From NCBI GenBank assembly GCA_004431415.1, contig QPMI01000063.1, forward strand, positions 124,001 to 188,000: DNA of 64,000 bases, in the 5' to 3' direction. The notes under the pieces were generated by a model, which had not been told where the DNA came from, did not search any database, and saw only the letters and a list, made by a program, of their open reading frames with translations. Positions 1 to 13,876 of the stretch are shown here, in pieces; position 1 is the first letter of the stretch, and every line of letters starts with the position of its first letter. Position numbers and translations under genes: made by a program. This stretch comes from Cyanophora paradoxa CCMP329 (Eukaryota; Plantae; Glaucophyta).

Positions 1-3000
1 CCGAGCAATCGCACTCGCCTGCGCTGCGGCACTATTCGGGCGCCGGCGACGAGGTCTTTGATCCCGCCGATGACGTCCTGGTAGCGGGGTATCTCGACGG
101 GGTCGGCCGTGCCGACTGCACATGTACACTGTCGTCAGAACGGCAAGCGGAATGAGTGCACGCGGGACAGGTCGGACCCGGACAGAGCTGCGTGGCTGCA
201 CAAGGGACGCAGGCGGTCGCGCCATCTTCGCCCGACATAAAGCCCGGCGGGCTGCGCGCGCGACGCCTGCATGAGCCACCAGCGCAACTGCTTTTGTGCA
301 AGCGGCACCGACCACGGCGTGCAGTAATCCATGGACACGTTGCGGTACTGCCCACGAGCGCAGGGGCTGCAGAACGCTTGGGTTTCGTCCGACTGCAACC
401 GCATTCGGCGAAGGTCAAATAAGAGAAGAACAATGATCGCAATTGTGAAATGAAAATACGCACGACTTCTCCGCCAGGGCATCGCGTGCAGCCCGGGCTC
501 CCGTTGCCGGAGACGGTGTTGCGGGGGCACTTGATGCAGGACATGGCGCCCGCCGGCCGGTACATCGACACGTTGCAGGCGATGCACTCCGTCCCGAGGT
601 CGTTGGCGACGAAGCCCTCGGGGCAGGGCGTGCAGGTCGGGTCTGGCAGCCAACGTCAGCGCGCGCAGAGGGCGAATGCAGAAAAAGTTCGGCATCGAAC
701 CTCCAGGCAATGCGGTCGACACAGAATCGCATCGTACGCACGTCCCGTTAATAGGCATGTACCCGCCTTCGCAGTCTGTCGTGCCGCATTACGAACGATG
801 CGAACGACGAAAATGCGCCGGTTGTGTGATTGAAACTGCGAGAATTCGAGAGCTCGCACCGACACATTCGGCCCTGTCCTTCCTCGGCACCTTCCCCGGG
901 GGACTGAGGGAGGAGGCGCGGCGTCGGCACACAGTGACGCGTGACGCTTAAGCTTGCGGGTATATATATATCTGCCAAAGCGCACCACGGCTCGCACTGC
1001 ACCATGCCTTCCCGGCGCGCGGCGGTCGTGATCGGGCACGGCTGGCATGTGGCGAAGTGTGAGTCCCTGTAGGACCCCTGCAACAACAACCAGCGTCAGT
1101 GCTCTGCGCAGAGGCAGAAGAATCGCGCGGCAACCCACCAGCGGGCACGGCAGGCATGAACGGAAATCGGGTGCAGAGTAGAAGCCCAGCGAGCAATTCG
1201 TGCAGTGCTCGAACGTCCCCTCCTTTGGCGCGTACGTCCCAAGCGGACACTGCACCAGAAATGAGAACGCGCACTTTGCGTTCGCAGGAAATGTACGCAG
1301 AGATAGCGCACCTGCAGGCACTTGCGTGGGCGGGAGGTGTTCTTCGGGAGCCACTCGAAGAAGCCGGCGTCGCACGGGATGTAGCGCGTGCTGTCGTTGG
1401 ACGCAAAGTGGCCCCAGGGCGGCTCCAGGCAGCTCCCGCTCGTCGCCAGAGGAGACCAAAGGCCCTATTAATGCGTGGCGAGTAAGCTGTCAGCGAACGT
1501 AAAGCTACTGGCGTCCGGTTCCAAGCGCACAGTTTTACACGGCAAGCATGCGTTCTGCGAAGCCGAGTAAATGAGCACAAGCAGGCATTTATTGGAGCTG
1601 GGACAACAGACGGCGCACCGAGTCCCCGTGGAAGGTCCCCCCGCGGCAGGGGAGGCAGCCCGACCGGTCGTCGTTGCTGATGTAGCCCGGCGTGCACGGC
1701 GTGCACTCCGACGCCCCCGGCGCGCTCCAGAATCCGTCCTGACGCCACCGGTGACCTTGGCGCCGGAAACAAGCAGAAACCATGGCGTGATGAGCACCTG
1801 GCAGGGCACGCAGGTGCTGTTTCGCTCGTAGAAACCGGCCCGGCAGAGGTTGCACTCGGCCCGGTTCAGGGAGCTCTCCGTCCCGCGCGGGCTGCCGGCG
1901 CGAGGTCAGCGGACCGACTGGCTCGCTGCGTTCTACAGTGCGATATCACCGCACCACATATTGCAGTACCAGAAGCCCTGTGCGCTCGTGTATTGACCGT
2001 GCGGGCACTGCGGCGAATTTCAACATTAATCTGTGGTTGCGGCATTGACGTCGAGCGAGAAAGGAAACGGCGCGCCTGCTCGCAGGACGTCATGTTCTCC
2101 GCCCTGTAGTACCCCCGCGAGCACGGCGTGCACCCTTGCCTGTCCGGCGTGGGGATCATCCCCCGCGCACTGTGCATCGCAAGTAAGCGGCGCGGTCGAC
2201 GGCGGATGCATACGCCTACGGGGCGGAGCCCACCAGGTCTTGCAGCTCGTCATTCCGCGGTCGGGGGCGTACATCAGCCCTGCGATCCTTTCAGACCTAC
2301 GACTGCTCAAAGCAGCCAAAGCCGCAAGCAATGCGAACCGATGCAGTCGATGCACTCCCAGCCCACCTCGATCGTGCCCCGCTCGCACACGTCGCACGAG
2401 GTGGCCTCGAGGTCGGGGCGGCTCCCCCGGTCGCACATGGTGTAGTTGCGGCTGCCCGCCGCCGCGATCGCCCCGCGGGGCGCCCGCTCGCACTCGACCA
2501 TGCCCTCGTGCCGGTAGAACCCCGGCAGGCACGCTGAGAATAGCAGAGTCAGAGTGAGAAACAAGATGCGAGTTCCATCGTGGGAGGATGTCGTGCGCAC
2601 GGACGCAGAACTGGCCGTTGGCGGCCGCGACGGTCCCGTTGTCGCACTGCTCGCAGCGGTCGAGGCCGGGCGTCGCTGCAACCCAGTTCGTTTCGCACAA
2701 GATGCAGGAGTCGTTGACCTGGTACGAGCCTGCGAGAAGGTGTGAGCTCCCGGATCCGTTGGAGCAGAAGACAATTAAAGTATCCACCCGCGGGGCAGGG
2801 AATGCAGATCGCCCGGGGCCCGTCGGCCACGTAGCCCGCATCGCAGACGGTCCAGGTGGGCGAGCCGGCGAGTGCCACGGAGCGGAAGGGGACGGGCGTG
2901 CAGTCGGTCATGTTCTCGCCGCGGTACGTTCCTGGAATGGCCTCAGTACGACTTCCTCGCCTGCAGCTGCTCGGCACAATGTGGAAGGCGTGCGGACCTG

Positions 3001-6000
3001 CTCCGCACGGAACGCAGTTCTGGAGATCGGCCGCCGAGACGTATCCGGGCGGACACTGGAGGAGCATGTTACGCCAAAATGCCACAACCGCGTAACAAAC
3101 CGAAAATCACACCAGCTCGCAGGCCGTCATGTTTTCAGCGGGGGTGATCGTGTTTGTAGCGCAGGCGCGGCAGGCCCCGTCGTCCTCGTACGACCCTTTC
3201 GGGCACGGCAGGCACATGGTGGCGATGTTGTTAGCGACCCACCCCGGCTCGCACGGCTGGTACCACGAGCGGTCCGGGATGGAGACGGTCTTGTGCGGCA
3301 CAGGCTCGCATCGCGACATGTCCTCTGCCCGGTACGTTCCTGCACGGTCGTCAGTGTCAACGATTACGTTGATAGGTGGAGTCAAAAGCAAAAGAGCGAT
3401 GCCTTCTGAGCACAGGAAGCAAGTCTGCTGGTCGGCTGAAGCAACCTGTCCCGGGGGGCAGCGCGTGCAGTTCGCGCTGCCCTCAAACGAGGCGACCATA
3501 TTCTCGGGGCAGCTGCGCAAAATGCACAATGTTAGCAGCGTCATCATCGGAAATATTCAGAGTGTATCGGGCGCGCTGCGCGCACTTCTGGCAGGTGTTG
3601 TTAAACTTGTAGTACCCTTTGCTGCACGGCAGGCAGGTGTCCCGCGCCTGGTTGGCCACGTAGCCGTCCTGGCAGAGCACGAAGGACGGCGAGCCCTCCA
3701 TTGCGACTCCGTTCTCGGGGACGGGCTGGCACGAGGCCATGTCTGCCCCGCGGTACATCCCTGGCAAGCACGTCAGCTGCGCATGCTACAAACGTGGGAT
3801 AGAAAAGCAAATAGGCTATCGCACCGGCCGGGCACGGAATGCAGGATTGGAAGTCGCTCGCGGAGACGTATCCCGGCGCGCAGAGGCTGCAGATTGGGGT
3901 CCCCTCCAACGAGGCCACAGCGTTCTGGTCGCACCTGCCAAGATCGTCAGTGCTGCATGCGAACACGGCATATTAATCGCATTTAATAATGCGCACGTGA
4001 GGCAGTTGTCGTCGAAACGGGAGGTCCCTGCAAGAGAGGAACGCGATGTTCAGCGAACAGCGATGGAAACATTCAGAGCGCGGCGATACTTCAGAACTAG
4101 CGATGGAAAGATGGAAACGGCGATGGAAAGAACTAGAGCGCGGCGATACTTCAGAACTCGAGCGCACCTTTCGGGCACTTGAGGCACTCGCTCCTCTCGA
4201 CGTTCGGGACCGAGCCGTTGCCGCAGACGGAGAAGGCGGACGAGCCGACCAGCGCGACGCTCCGCGCCCCGACAGGGAGGCAGATGGTGGAGTTGGCCGG
4301 CCTGTAAGAGCCCGGCGCTGCGCGCACATCAGCGACAATCCTCGAAAGGCTCGTCGCGTCGGCGGAATCGTGGCTCACTGCATTCGAAGCACATGGTGCG
4401 GTCCGGCGACGAGTACGAGCCGAGCGGGCAGGCGGTGCAGTTCGTCGAGGCCTCAAGCGGCGCGATGGTGTTCACTGGGCACGGGAAGCAGATGCCGGGG
4501 GCGTTGGCGTCCTCGTACGTCCCCGACGGGCACTGTTCGCCGCGAAGTTAAATTGATTAGCGCGAAAGATTCACGGTGCGGACGCGACGCACCGGAAGGC
4601 ACTGCAGGCGGTCGGGAAGGCTGATGTACCCGCCCGGGCACCGGCTGCATCCCAGGCCAGTGGGAGACGCGTAATCCTGGAAGCACAGATCGCAGGCGCG
4701 AGCGCCTTTGAGGCTGATCTTGACCTCGAGCCCCGGCGGACACGGCTTGCAGCCGTCCCCGTTGTCGTTGGACAGCTGGTTCGCGGGGCAGGTGAAGCAG
4801 CTGCCGAACTGGCCGGCGCGGCTCCAGCTTCCTATCGGGCACGGCTCGCACGGCTCGTTCTCGCGGGGCTGGTACCAGCCGGCCTGCAGCCAGGCACGCT
4901 CAGTCAGAGGAAAGCAATTTGGTCGCATTTATGTGATTTCTGACCGTGCAGTTAATGCAGTTCGACCCTTCTTTGTTTGGAAAGCTGCCGAGAGAGCCTG
5001 CCATGCACATATAAATGTCAGTTATGCTTCATTCTTTCTCGAAAATGATGTGAGCCCGCTCACAATATGAACAGCGGTCGATCGTTCCATAAAAGGAGTA
5101 CTGGTTTGCGGGGCAGTTGAGACAGAAGAGCCGATCGTTTTCGTTCTTGAGAAAGAGCCCGGCCAAGCTGAGGAATTGCGCGCGTGAGCGGCGGTGCCGT
5201 TCTAGGAAGCGAGAGCCACGAGCGCGCACCATTTGAAGCACTGGCGTGTCCAGCGGTCGCTGACGGTGAACGCGCCCGTCTCGCACGGCGTGCACGGCAT
5301 CCCCTCGGACAGGGCGTACTGGTTCTGGGGGCAGCTGTAGCACCCGGAGCTCCCGGCGGCCGACCACGTCCCCGCGGGGCACGGCAGGCACGCGGTGGCC
5401 CCTCCCGTGCTGTAGGTCCCCGAGGAGCACCGCTGCGCCTCCGCCTCGATGAGGAGCCCCGCGCGCGCCGAGAAGAGGCCCGGCGAGAGCGGCGTGCAGA
5501 GGTCCTTCACCGAGACCGACCGCTTGAAGACGGCGGCGTCGGCGTTCCAGACGGTGCCCGGCGGGCACTGCGTGTGGAGCGAGATCAAGGTGGCCGGGTC
5601 CGACACGGCGAAGAGGACGACGGGCAGCTCGGGGACGGGCCCCGAAGCGTTCCGCACGTCGAGCCCGAACGCCGCCGCGTCGAGGGCGCTGTGGTCCTCC
5701 ACCGTGTAGGCGCCGGCGACGTTCGCGACCCAGCTCTCCAGCACGATCGCGACGCTGACCGACGAGGCGTCGAAGGACGGGCCGTCGACGCCCTTGATCT
5801 GGAGCAGCTGCGACGAGAGCGCGCGCTCGTTGGCGCGCTGCAGCCGCTTCTCCTTGATGAGCCGCGGCCTCGTGCTGTTGCTCGTGGCGAAAGAGAACGA
5901 GCGCAGGGTCACGGAGGAGTGGACCTCGCGGACGACGTAGAGGGCGCCGTCCTTGTACACCGCGGCGGCCACCTGGGGCGCAGGGTTAGAGTTGAGGCGG

Positions 6001-9000
6001 AGCAAGGGCCAAGAACGGCGAAACGAGTATGGAAAGGGGGCACCGAGGTCCAGTCCGCCAGGGACCCAACCCAGGTGGACGCGCCGTAGATGCGGACGCT
6101 CCCGTTGAGCTGCCCGGCCATGCCGCTCTGGTACCCGTCCGCCTTCGCGACGCGGAAGATCTGCGGCGGGCGCTGTCGTCAGGACGCCGGCGCGCCGGGG
6201 CGAAGCGCTCGCGCCCAGAGGGCTCCCGCTCGCCTGGTCGCCCGTGACGTAGAAGCTGTACACGGACCCCGGTGCCTCCACCCAGCGGCCCTGCGCCGCG
6301 TCAGCCGAGCCCGGGGCCTCGCGTGAAGGCTCGCAGCTCGCGATCGCTCGTCTCAGCGATCGCGCACCTCGAGATACCCGAAGCCGCGGCCGGCCATCAG
6401 AGGCCGCTCGTTCTGGACCTGGAGACGATGGGGTGAGCGCTGGGCGATGAAGCCTCCAGAGACCCCAACTTAAATTCGGCTCACAATCCAGTGCTGGGAG
6501 AGGGGCAGCGTGTCCGTACGGAGGACCTTCGGCGGCCCGTGCATCGCCACGCCCGACCGGTACGTGTACGACGAATTCGCGGGCGAAGCGCGCTCCGTGA
6601 GGCTCGACTCATGCACGGCCCCTGGCGGCGGACGGTATTAGTTTTAGACGTGCATGTAAGATTAATCTCGAGCTCGCAAGGAAAGAATCCGCAACAGAGA
6701 GCGCACAGGAGAAGATCGCGGTCACGTGGGCGATGTCGAGGCCGGGGCAGACGGAGGCGCCGACGAGCTCGACGGGGCACGTTGCGGGGCTCGTGGGGAA
6801 GAAGGGCAGGCGGACGAGCGCGTGGTAGCGCAGCGGGCCGCCCTCCTCCGTCCGCCCGTCCGCGCGCAGCTCGACGATCGAGGCCGGGGGCAGGTACGCG
6901 TCGGCGAACGAGGAGCCCTTTTCGCCGGGCCAACTGCGCGTCAATCCGTCAAATTAAACCCGAGTTTAAATTTCAGCGGAGCCGAGCGTGCGCGTGGATA
7001 ACGAAATGCCATTTGGCGCACGGGAGGCGCTTGTAGACAGTTTCGGCGTTGTGCGAGAAGCCCGCCGGGGCGATGGCGGCGAGGTCGAACGCGAGCAGCA
7101 CGACGCCCGTCTGGGGCGCGCAGGCCTGCCGCCCGACCGGCACGCGTGAGGCGCCCGCGGCGCCACGGCGAGGAAGAGACGGCAGGGCGGACCTTGATGA
7201 GGGGGAAAGAGGCGATGGGCCCCGAGGAGGCGTAGCTGGCGAAGAACGCGAGGCCCCGCTGCGGGAAGGTGAAGACCTGCGCGCCCGGGCCCCGTGATCA
7301 GCTTTGCCGGCGCAGCTTTGAGGGGCGCGGCGCGAGGCGTGGCCGGACCTGGACGTCCTCGAGCAGCAGCGCCTCGAAGCTCTCCCCGTAGCTCCTCTGC
7401 ACGTCCTCCGCCGCCCGCGAGCCGCCGGGCGACCGCCCCAACGACGCCGGCTCCGCGTCGTAGACTGCGGCAATTGCGTTGGCAATGCATTTCATGGAAG
7501 GGCCAGATCGAGAGCAGCTGCGAGGCGCTCACAGGGCGTGCACTCCTTGGCGAAGTAGTCGTTCGCGAACGACTCGAAGCCGAGCCCGGAGTCCATATCG
7601 TCGTCGCCCGCCCCTTGGGAGTCGAGCAGGCTAAGGTACTCGGTCTGTGGATCGCAGTGAGCAGAGCCATGAGCATGCATGCTTGGAGCTAGAAAGGCTT
7701 GGCTCGCCTGAACCCTCGATAGCTTGCTCGAATCAGCATCCGGGGCGGTCTGTACGCCACGAGTGAGCACAGGGGCGGATTCGACGGGCGGGATGCGACA
7801 GCTGTCGAACCGTGGGCGTGAAGATGGAAACCGATCCGAGGGCGACAGCCCACAGTTCAGCGCAGCCTCCCTCCGCCGCTGCGGCCTTCGGCCCAGACGT
7901 CTGCGCCGCACCGGAGTTGAGAGGGCCTCCCACCCAACCTGCAGCTGCACAAATCGAACGCACCGCGTCATAGAATCTCCGCTCGTACAGAGCGTGGAAC
8001 AGGCGGAAGTCGTGGGAGAAGTTCCGCGCGACGTCCACGAAGAGATACGGGTCGGGATCGCCGGAGCTCGAGGAACAGACCTCCCTCGGCCATGGCCGCA
8101 CAGCGCCGAGCGCGCCGGGGTCGCACGACCCGTCGAAGGCGTACGCAGCCCATCTCTGGGCCGCAAAATAGTGGCAGGCGGCGTCGGTGCATGCGGCCGG
8201 CGGCTGGAGGCACGAATCGAGGGTCGGCCCCAGAAGGTCTGCCTTGCCCGCAGAGGTCGCCCCCCAGATCCAGTTGCCCCGGTGCGCCTCCAGGGCGTGC
8301 GGGGAGAACCGCCGGTCGGGATCGACCGCCAAAAAGGGGAGCATGGAAGAAAACGCAAACTGCGAGCTCTCCGAAACCACGCCCTGCGCGCGACCGGTCA
8401 CAACGTGTCTCCCAGCTCGAGCTCGCGGCGGGCGCTTGCGCGCGTGCGCTCACCGAGTAGCGCTGCAGCGCCGTGCAGAGGGATGACTGCAAGTTGTAGT
8501 CGCAGTAGACGAGTTCCCGGCTCTTCCTGAAGACGAGGGCCATGCGGGTCGACGCGGCGCGGCTGCCGAGCGGGTAGCCGGGCAGCGGGGCGGCGTAGAC
8601 GAGCTGCCGGTCGACGTCCTCGTCGTCGATGTCGATGAGCGGGCGGGTGTACACGTTGTACACCTTGCTGTTCCCGGCGGGGAGGAGCGCTGCACCGGGG
8701 CCGGGGCCGGCGTGAGGTTCGAATCGAACAGCGTAAATTTGAAGACAGCAATCACCGGACTGGGTGGGAAGCGAGCCGCCCGGCGGCACGGTGACTGTGA
8801 CGTTCGCGGAGTCGGGCGAGAAGGCGTCCGCGAGCGTGCTGGCCAGCGCGGTGCACGAGAGCGTGTACGGGCCCTCGTAGGAGGGGACCGTGTTGAGGAC
8901 GAACGTCTCGCCAGCGGCCGCCCCGGCGTCGTCCACGGACTTGACCGCGCGGTACGGGCCGCCGAGGCCGCCGCAGCGGACCTCGACGTTCGCGATGAAG

Positions 9001-11750
9001 CTGCCCGTCTGCCACGTGACGGAGACCAGGACGCTCGTGGAGGTTGTGGCAGAGGCCGTCAGGATGGTCGGCGCCGGGATGGTCATGCCGGAAGCGCCCG
9101 CCGGGCAAGCAAAGTAGGCGTCGTCGTTGACCTGCGGATGCCATAAAGAAAACGTGCGACAAAACGGCGAGGGAGGGGAATGAGATAGCTCGCCAGCGCG
9201 GTTCGGTTGTTCCCGGAGCCGTCGAGGGCGCGCCGCGTCCCGACTCCCGATGTCTTGCAGTCATCGAAGGGGTAGTGCAGATGGATCAACGAGCGCGTCG
9301 GCCCGACGTTGAAGTAGTGCTCCATGACCTGCTCGTCCGTCCGCGTGCCGCTCCAGAGGCGCAGTTCGGTCAGGATAATTCCGTGGAAAAACGGCCTCCC
9401 CTTCGATCGCGAGACGCGCCAGCGTTAGCGCGGCAGACGCGATCAGCTGCGAGACGGACAATCGGAGCGGACGCACCCACTCGTTCCCCTTTCCGATGAA
9501 GTTGGCGGTGCGCGCGACGGTCTTGATGGACTTGATGGTTGTCGTCGTGATGAGGAGGCCGTCCCGGTGCGCCTTCAGGGTGCTGTCGCCCGCCGCGTTG
9601 GGAGGGCCGAACTGCAGCACGATGTACTGCCAGGACCCTCCGATCTGCGCGTTGACGACCGCCAGTTAGGAACTGAAGTCAAAGTGCAAGAAGTCGAAGT
9701 GAAAGTGCAAGCGCAAAGGTGTGAGTGCGATCGCAACTGGGTCTCACCGTTATTCCATTAGTGCTACCAGTAAACACGTCCACTTGGCCGACGCGGGTAG
9801 ACCCATTAAAAACCTCGACGCGCAGTGCGAAACGTCCAGCCGCAACCTGCCCGGTGAATTCAGAAATGCACAGAGCGAGCTTGAGTGGCGGATCAGGTCC
9901 GCACAGTGCACTGAGTGGTGCAGGCGCTGATGATCTGTTTCGAGAGTCGACAGGTCAGAGCGGCGTGAAACAACCCCGCTGAACGGAAGCGCGTCGCGGT
10001 GGCGGCGCACGAGGGAGTCGACGTTGGACTTGGTGGAGGCGGAGAGCGGGTCGTAGTTCCCGAAGTCGAAGAGCACGGCCCCCTGGACCGGGACCTGGAG
10101 CGGCCTCACCCACACCTCGAGCACGACGCTCCCGCCGAAGGTCAGGGCCGGCATCGCCAGGGACCTCGGGCCCTGGGCGCCGTTGTTCGTGCCCAAGACG
10201 ATGCCGGTTTCTGTACGGATCAGCAAACGGAGCGTCAGTAAAATGCTTCCGGGGCTGGGCCTCGTGAGACGCGGCCGACCGAGCGAGGGCGAATATCGCG
10301 GCGGGCAGTCGGGGAGGTTCGCGCTTCGCGTCCTCGAGTTACCGGACTGCCGATCGACCCGAACCGTAAGGCGCAGCAAACAGAGAAGGGCCCCTTCCGG
10401 CAGCGCAAGCCGTGCGGCGCACCCGATCGCACACGTTGCCGGCGCCGCACTGGAAGACGCAGTCGAAGATGTCCATGCGGACGTCGAGGTAGCGGCCCCG
10501 GTTCGTCGCGACGGCGTTGCTCGCGTAGGCGTTCCAGATCTCGCCGCCGGAGAGCACGCCGGCGTACCACCCAAAGTAGGCGACTCTCGCGTTCGCGATG
10601 GTGTACCCGGCATTATAATTGGTCCACACTCGCGACGTCGCCCACGATTCTGCCCGCCACGCTCAGCTGGCGCACCGGTACCAAGATCTAGAGATGGCCC
10701 ATGGACAGAATCTAGTCTCACTGTAAGGCAGTCCACCGGGGCGGCCGTATCCCCCAATGTGCTGCCCGTTCCGGAAGAAATTGAGGCCCCCACCTCCGTG
10801 CGTGAACGCGAAGTGCTGCGCAGAAAAAACGATCGCCCCGCGCGGCTTCAGAAAAGAGCCCTAAAATTGAGCGCGAACACGGCACGCGCTGACCGTCCAC
10901 TCTCCAATCTGCAGAGCAAAGGAAAGCAGCGCGTGAGGGGCTCCACATGCTTGCATTTCACAGCACATTGCAGGTTGCGCACCTTGAATCCGTATGTACC
11001 GGTTATGTAGACCTGGAACGCGGCAGTGCCGCCATCGCAGTAGGTACTGCACGGGTCCTTTCGATTAGAATTGCTGCATGAAAAGGGAAGCGGAGCCGCT
11101 CACCAGGACCAAAGGAATGACGCGTACCCCGCTGCGTATCTCTGACCGCCCCCCGCCAGTACGTTTCCGTTTGCGTCGCAGTTGTCGCCTTCCGGACAGA
11201 ACCTGCAGGATCAAACATTGAGACAAGGCTCCGGAGTTGCGTGCATGGTCAGGTGCGGTTGGGCGAACCACAGCGACATTTCTTGGTCCAACTCCTGAAA
11301 GTAGTCGTATCCTGGAAACGGATAAAATTTCAATATCTGGGGGCAGTCAGTCGGAATCCGCGTTTAATATCATCGGTTCCCAAATCTAACTTCGCGCACA
11401 TCTTTGAAGGCCAAAATGCCGGTGTACTTGGCCTGTCCCTGGTTTATTTTCAACCTGCAGCAGCAGCCGACCTCGTGAGCGAGCAGACCCCGTGAGCGAT
11501 CCGCGTCAGCAGGCGGACCAGAACATGAAGGTCGTGTCCCCGCCCCAGCCCCAGTTCACGTTCCAATAATTCCCCCAGATATATGCGCCTGCATAGTGCA
11601 CGTGGTGTCAACGACCCAGACCTCTGGATTCCGGGGAGAATTCCGAGGTTCGCACTTCTGGTCGGAGCTGCGTCGGCGTGGAGCCCGAGCTGGCGGGCGC
11701 ACATCGCCAGGAGCGCGATCTGGAAGAGGCCGCGCAGCTGGAGCTGGAGC
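1..11750 (-). CDS. Very large multi-exon secreted/surface protein: LamG/ConA-like jelly-roll domain(s), an FN3-like domain and a long array of Cys-rich ephrin-receptor-like (GCC2/GCC3) repeats. Boundaries approximate; could be more than one gene.
   Basis: Minus-strand exons: GGSVVLEVWVRP..GAVLFDFGN (~10050-10140); WQYIVLQF..HRDGLL..RTANFIGKGNEW (~9480-9635); ELRLWSGTRTDEQVMEHY..HYPFDD..DGSGNN (~9205-9370); FN3-like PAPTILTASATTSTSVLVSVTW..YTLSCTA (8770-9086); many C-x2-C-P-x-G-x-Y repeats from ~150 to ~5450. Possible signal-like segment LFQIALLAMCARQLGLHADA near 11670-11730. Confidence 0.7.
4061..4160. repeat. Intronic tandem duplication (60-bp period)
   Basis: AGAGCGCGGCGATACTTCAGAACT at 4075-4098 and 4135-4158, plus repeated GATGGAAA, inside an intron of the Cys-rich gene. 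Confidence 0.8.
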
Positions 11751-13574
11751 CTGCGGGCTGCGAGGCGGCAGCTGCGCGGGGCCGAGAAGCCGCGCCCAGC
11801 CGCCGGCGGGCTGTAAGCCGTCGGCTGGAGCGCCAGCGAAACCCTCTCGACTGGGCGATTGCGAGCAGCCGCAGCCGTTTGGTCCGCCGAACAACCGCGA
11901 TCGCGAAGACGTCGGGCTTCGCTTTGCGCGCCAGCTCGCAGCCGCCGGTCCGCTGGCTGGAGGCTCCGTGAACGTGGGGCATCCCGTCTAGATCTGATAC
12001 TAGTACTAGTGCCGGGCATCGCTCGGGGTGCGAGCGCTTCGCTGGCTGCTCCCACTCTCCTGGATAAGCTCCCGCCTCGCTGCTGGCGCCGCGCACGGCG
12101 ACGGGATGCGTGTCCGCGGCCGCGGCACCGCTGGGATATCGATTCGTCGAGGACGTGCCCCGAGAGCGGCTGCAGCCGAGCGCGCACGTCGCCGAGCACA
12201 TTGCGGATGCGCGCCGCAGCGGACAACGTTAACATTGCGATGATGAGCGCCAGGACGCTCACGTGCACGCTGGCGCCCGCGCCCGCTGTATGCACACGCG
12301 CAGCTGGAGTCGATTCCATCGCGGCGTACGCGTCGATCTCCCCCGCGGCCGAGCTCCGCTGCAGCTGTGCGCTGGCCCGAGCTCCCCTCGAGCTCCTTGG
12401 CGCCTTCGACGTCGACGGGGACGGGGTCCTCCGGCGGGCCTTTCTTAGCCTGCAGCTCCAGAGTGAATTGCAGAGACGGGAATATAAAGGATTTTAATTT
12501 AATTGCATCCCGTCTCGGCATCGCCTCTCGGAAAAGCAATTAGCAGCCTTAAGCTCGTAGCTGAGCTCAGCGGCCTCGGCCGATCGCGACGCTAGCCTAA
12601 AGTGGAATTCGATGATCTAGACCTTGCTTCATGCACGTGCACGGCCAGCGAGCGAGGCTCCGATCGCGAGGAGCGATCGCGAGGGCGTGCACAGCGCAGC
12701 AGCGCTTCGAATTCCGAGGAGGGCACCGCGCTGCGCGCACCTTCGAAAAGCATCCTCGACAGTGCCAGTGCACAGGCACTCGAGCTCCGTACACACCCTC
12801 GCCTGTTCTACAGCTGCGCGCGCGTGCGCGTGCGCATACATGCGCGTCAGCTGCAGGCATCGGTCAATCGATCGCGAGGGCCTATTCCGCCACAGCGCGG
12901 CTACGTATGCGCATGTATACTGTAGAACTAGTAAATTTAGTACAGGAAAATAACTAGTATACTTCGCCGAAATTTAAACGCCACTTTAGCAGCTGGTACT
13001 ATAAATATGCAGCAGACAAAATATTTCTAGCTCTCCGGATCCAGTATATATATGCATATGCATGTCTGTCAGCTGAGGCCCGGTTCAACGCGCGAGCATG
13101 CGCGCGCGCGCACCGGGGAGGCGATCATGATCAATATGCAAGCTATGACCAGCGGCAGGCTGGGACTGCGGCAGCACCCACGCGCAGCACCCACGTGCAC
13201 GCGCAACCGGCGCCATGATGCTCTCGTCGGCGTTCGGAGCCCAACCGGAGCCAGCGCTGCGCATGCTACAGCTGCGGCTGATCATGAGCTGTCGCTTCTA
13301 GATCTATTGTACATCATGTAGCCCCATGTAGGCTGATGTAGCGCACTGTGAGGGCAGTGCTCAGGGCACTGCAGCCCCCTGCAGCTGAGGCTCTATGCTA
13401 GCTAGCGAGTAGTAGCGACTCAGTAGTAGCGAGTCGTAGACTCGTACTAGTATACTAGTACGTAGTAGCGACCGTCGGACAGCCTACTTAGAGCCTAGCC
13501 TAGTAGCGTCACAGTAGTAGCCTGTGATAGTAGCGTGCGCCCTGCTAACTAGTAACGCTTTCCGTGTCACGAGT

Positions 13575-13876
13575 CCGTGTGGCCGGCACTAAATTACCGC
13601 GGCATAAATTACCGCGTTAGAAACTCCGGCCCGAGGGTGGCCAAAATACCGCGGTACCAAATTACCGCGTTTTAAAAAACTGGAGGCTTGTATGGGGCGG
13701 TAATTGTTGGGGGTACTGTATGGAGCGATTTGGCTGCAGCTTATTACCGCGGTACCAAATTACCGCGTTTTAACAAATTCTCGGCGCGGTAATTAATTTG
13801 GTACAAATTCTCGGCGCGGTAATTAATTTGGTACCGCGGTAATTAAGTGGGCGCGGTATTATAGTGCCACACGGTA
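13575..13876. mobile_element. Degenerate MITE, CCGT..ACGG-TA termini (Tc1/mariner/pogo-like)
   Basis: Left CCGTGTGG(CCGG)CACTAAATTACCGCG versus right CGCGGTATTATAGTGCCACACGG-TA. Many subterminal AATTACCGCG copies in both orientations. Internal ~30-bp tandem duplication at 13773-13833. Confidence 0.7.

Noticed and set aside
12380-12497. EF-hand-like FDVDGDGVL on the plus strand
   Set aside because: Isolated, lacks the position-12 acidic residue and a partner hand, and has no supporting exon structure. Probably chance.
13590-13860. Regularly recurring AATTACCGCG units resembling a CRISPR array or iterons
   Set aside because: Repeats are short, in both orientations, irregularly spaced and enclosed by TIRs. 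There are no cas genes and the context is eukaryotic, so they are MITE subterminal repeats.
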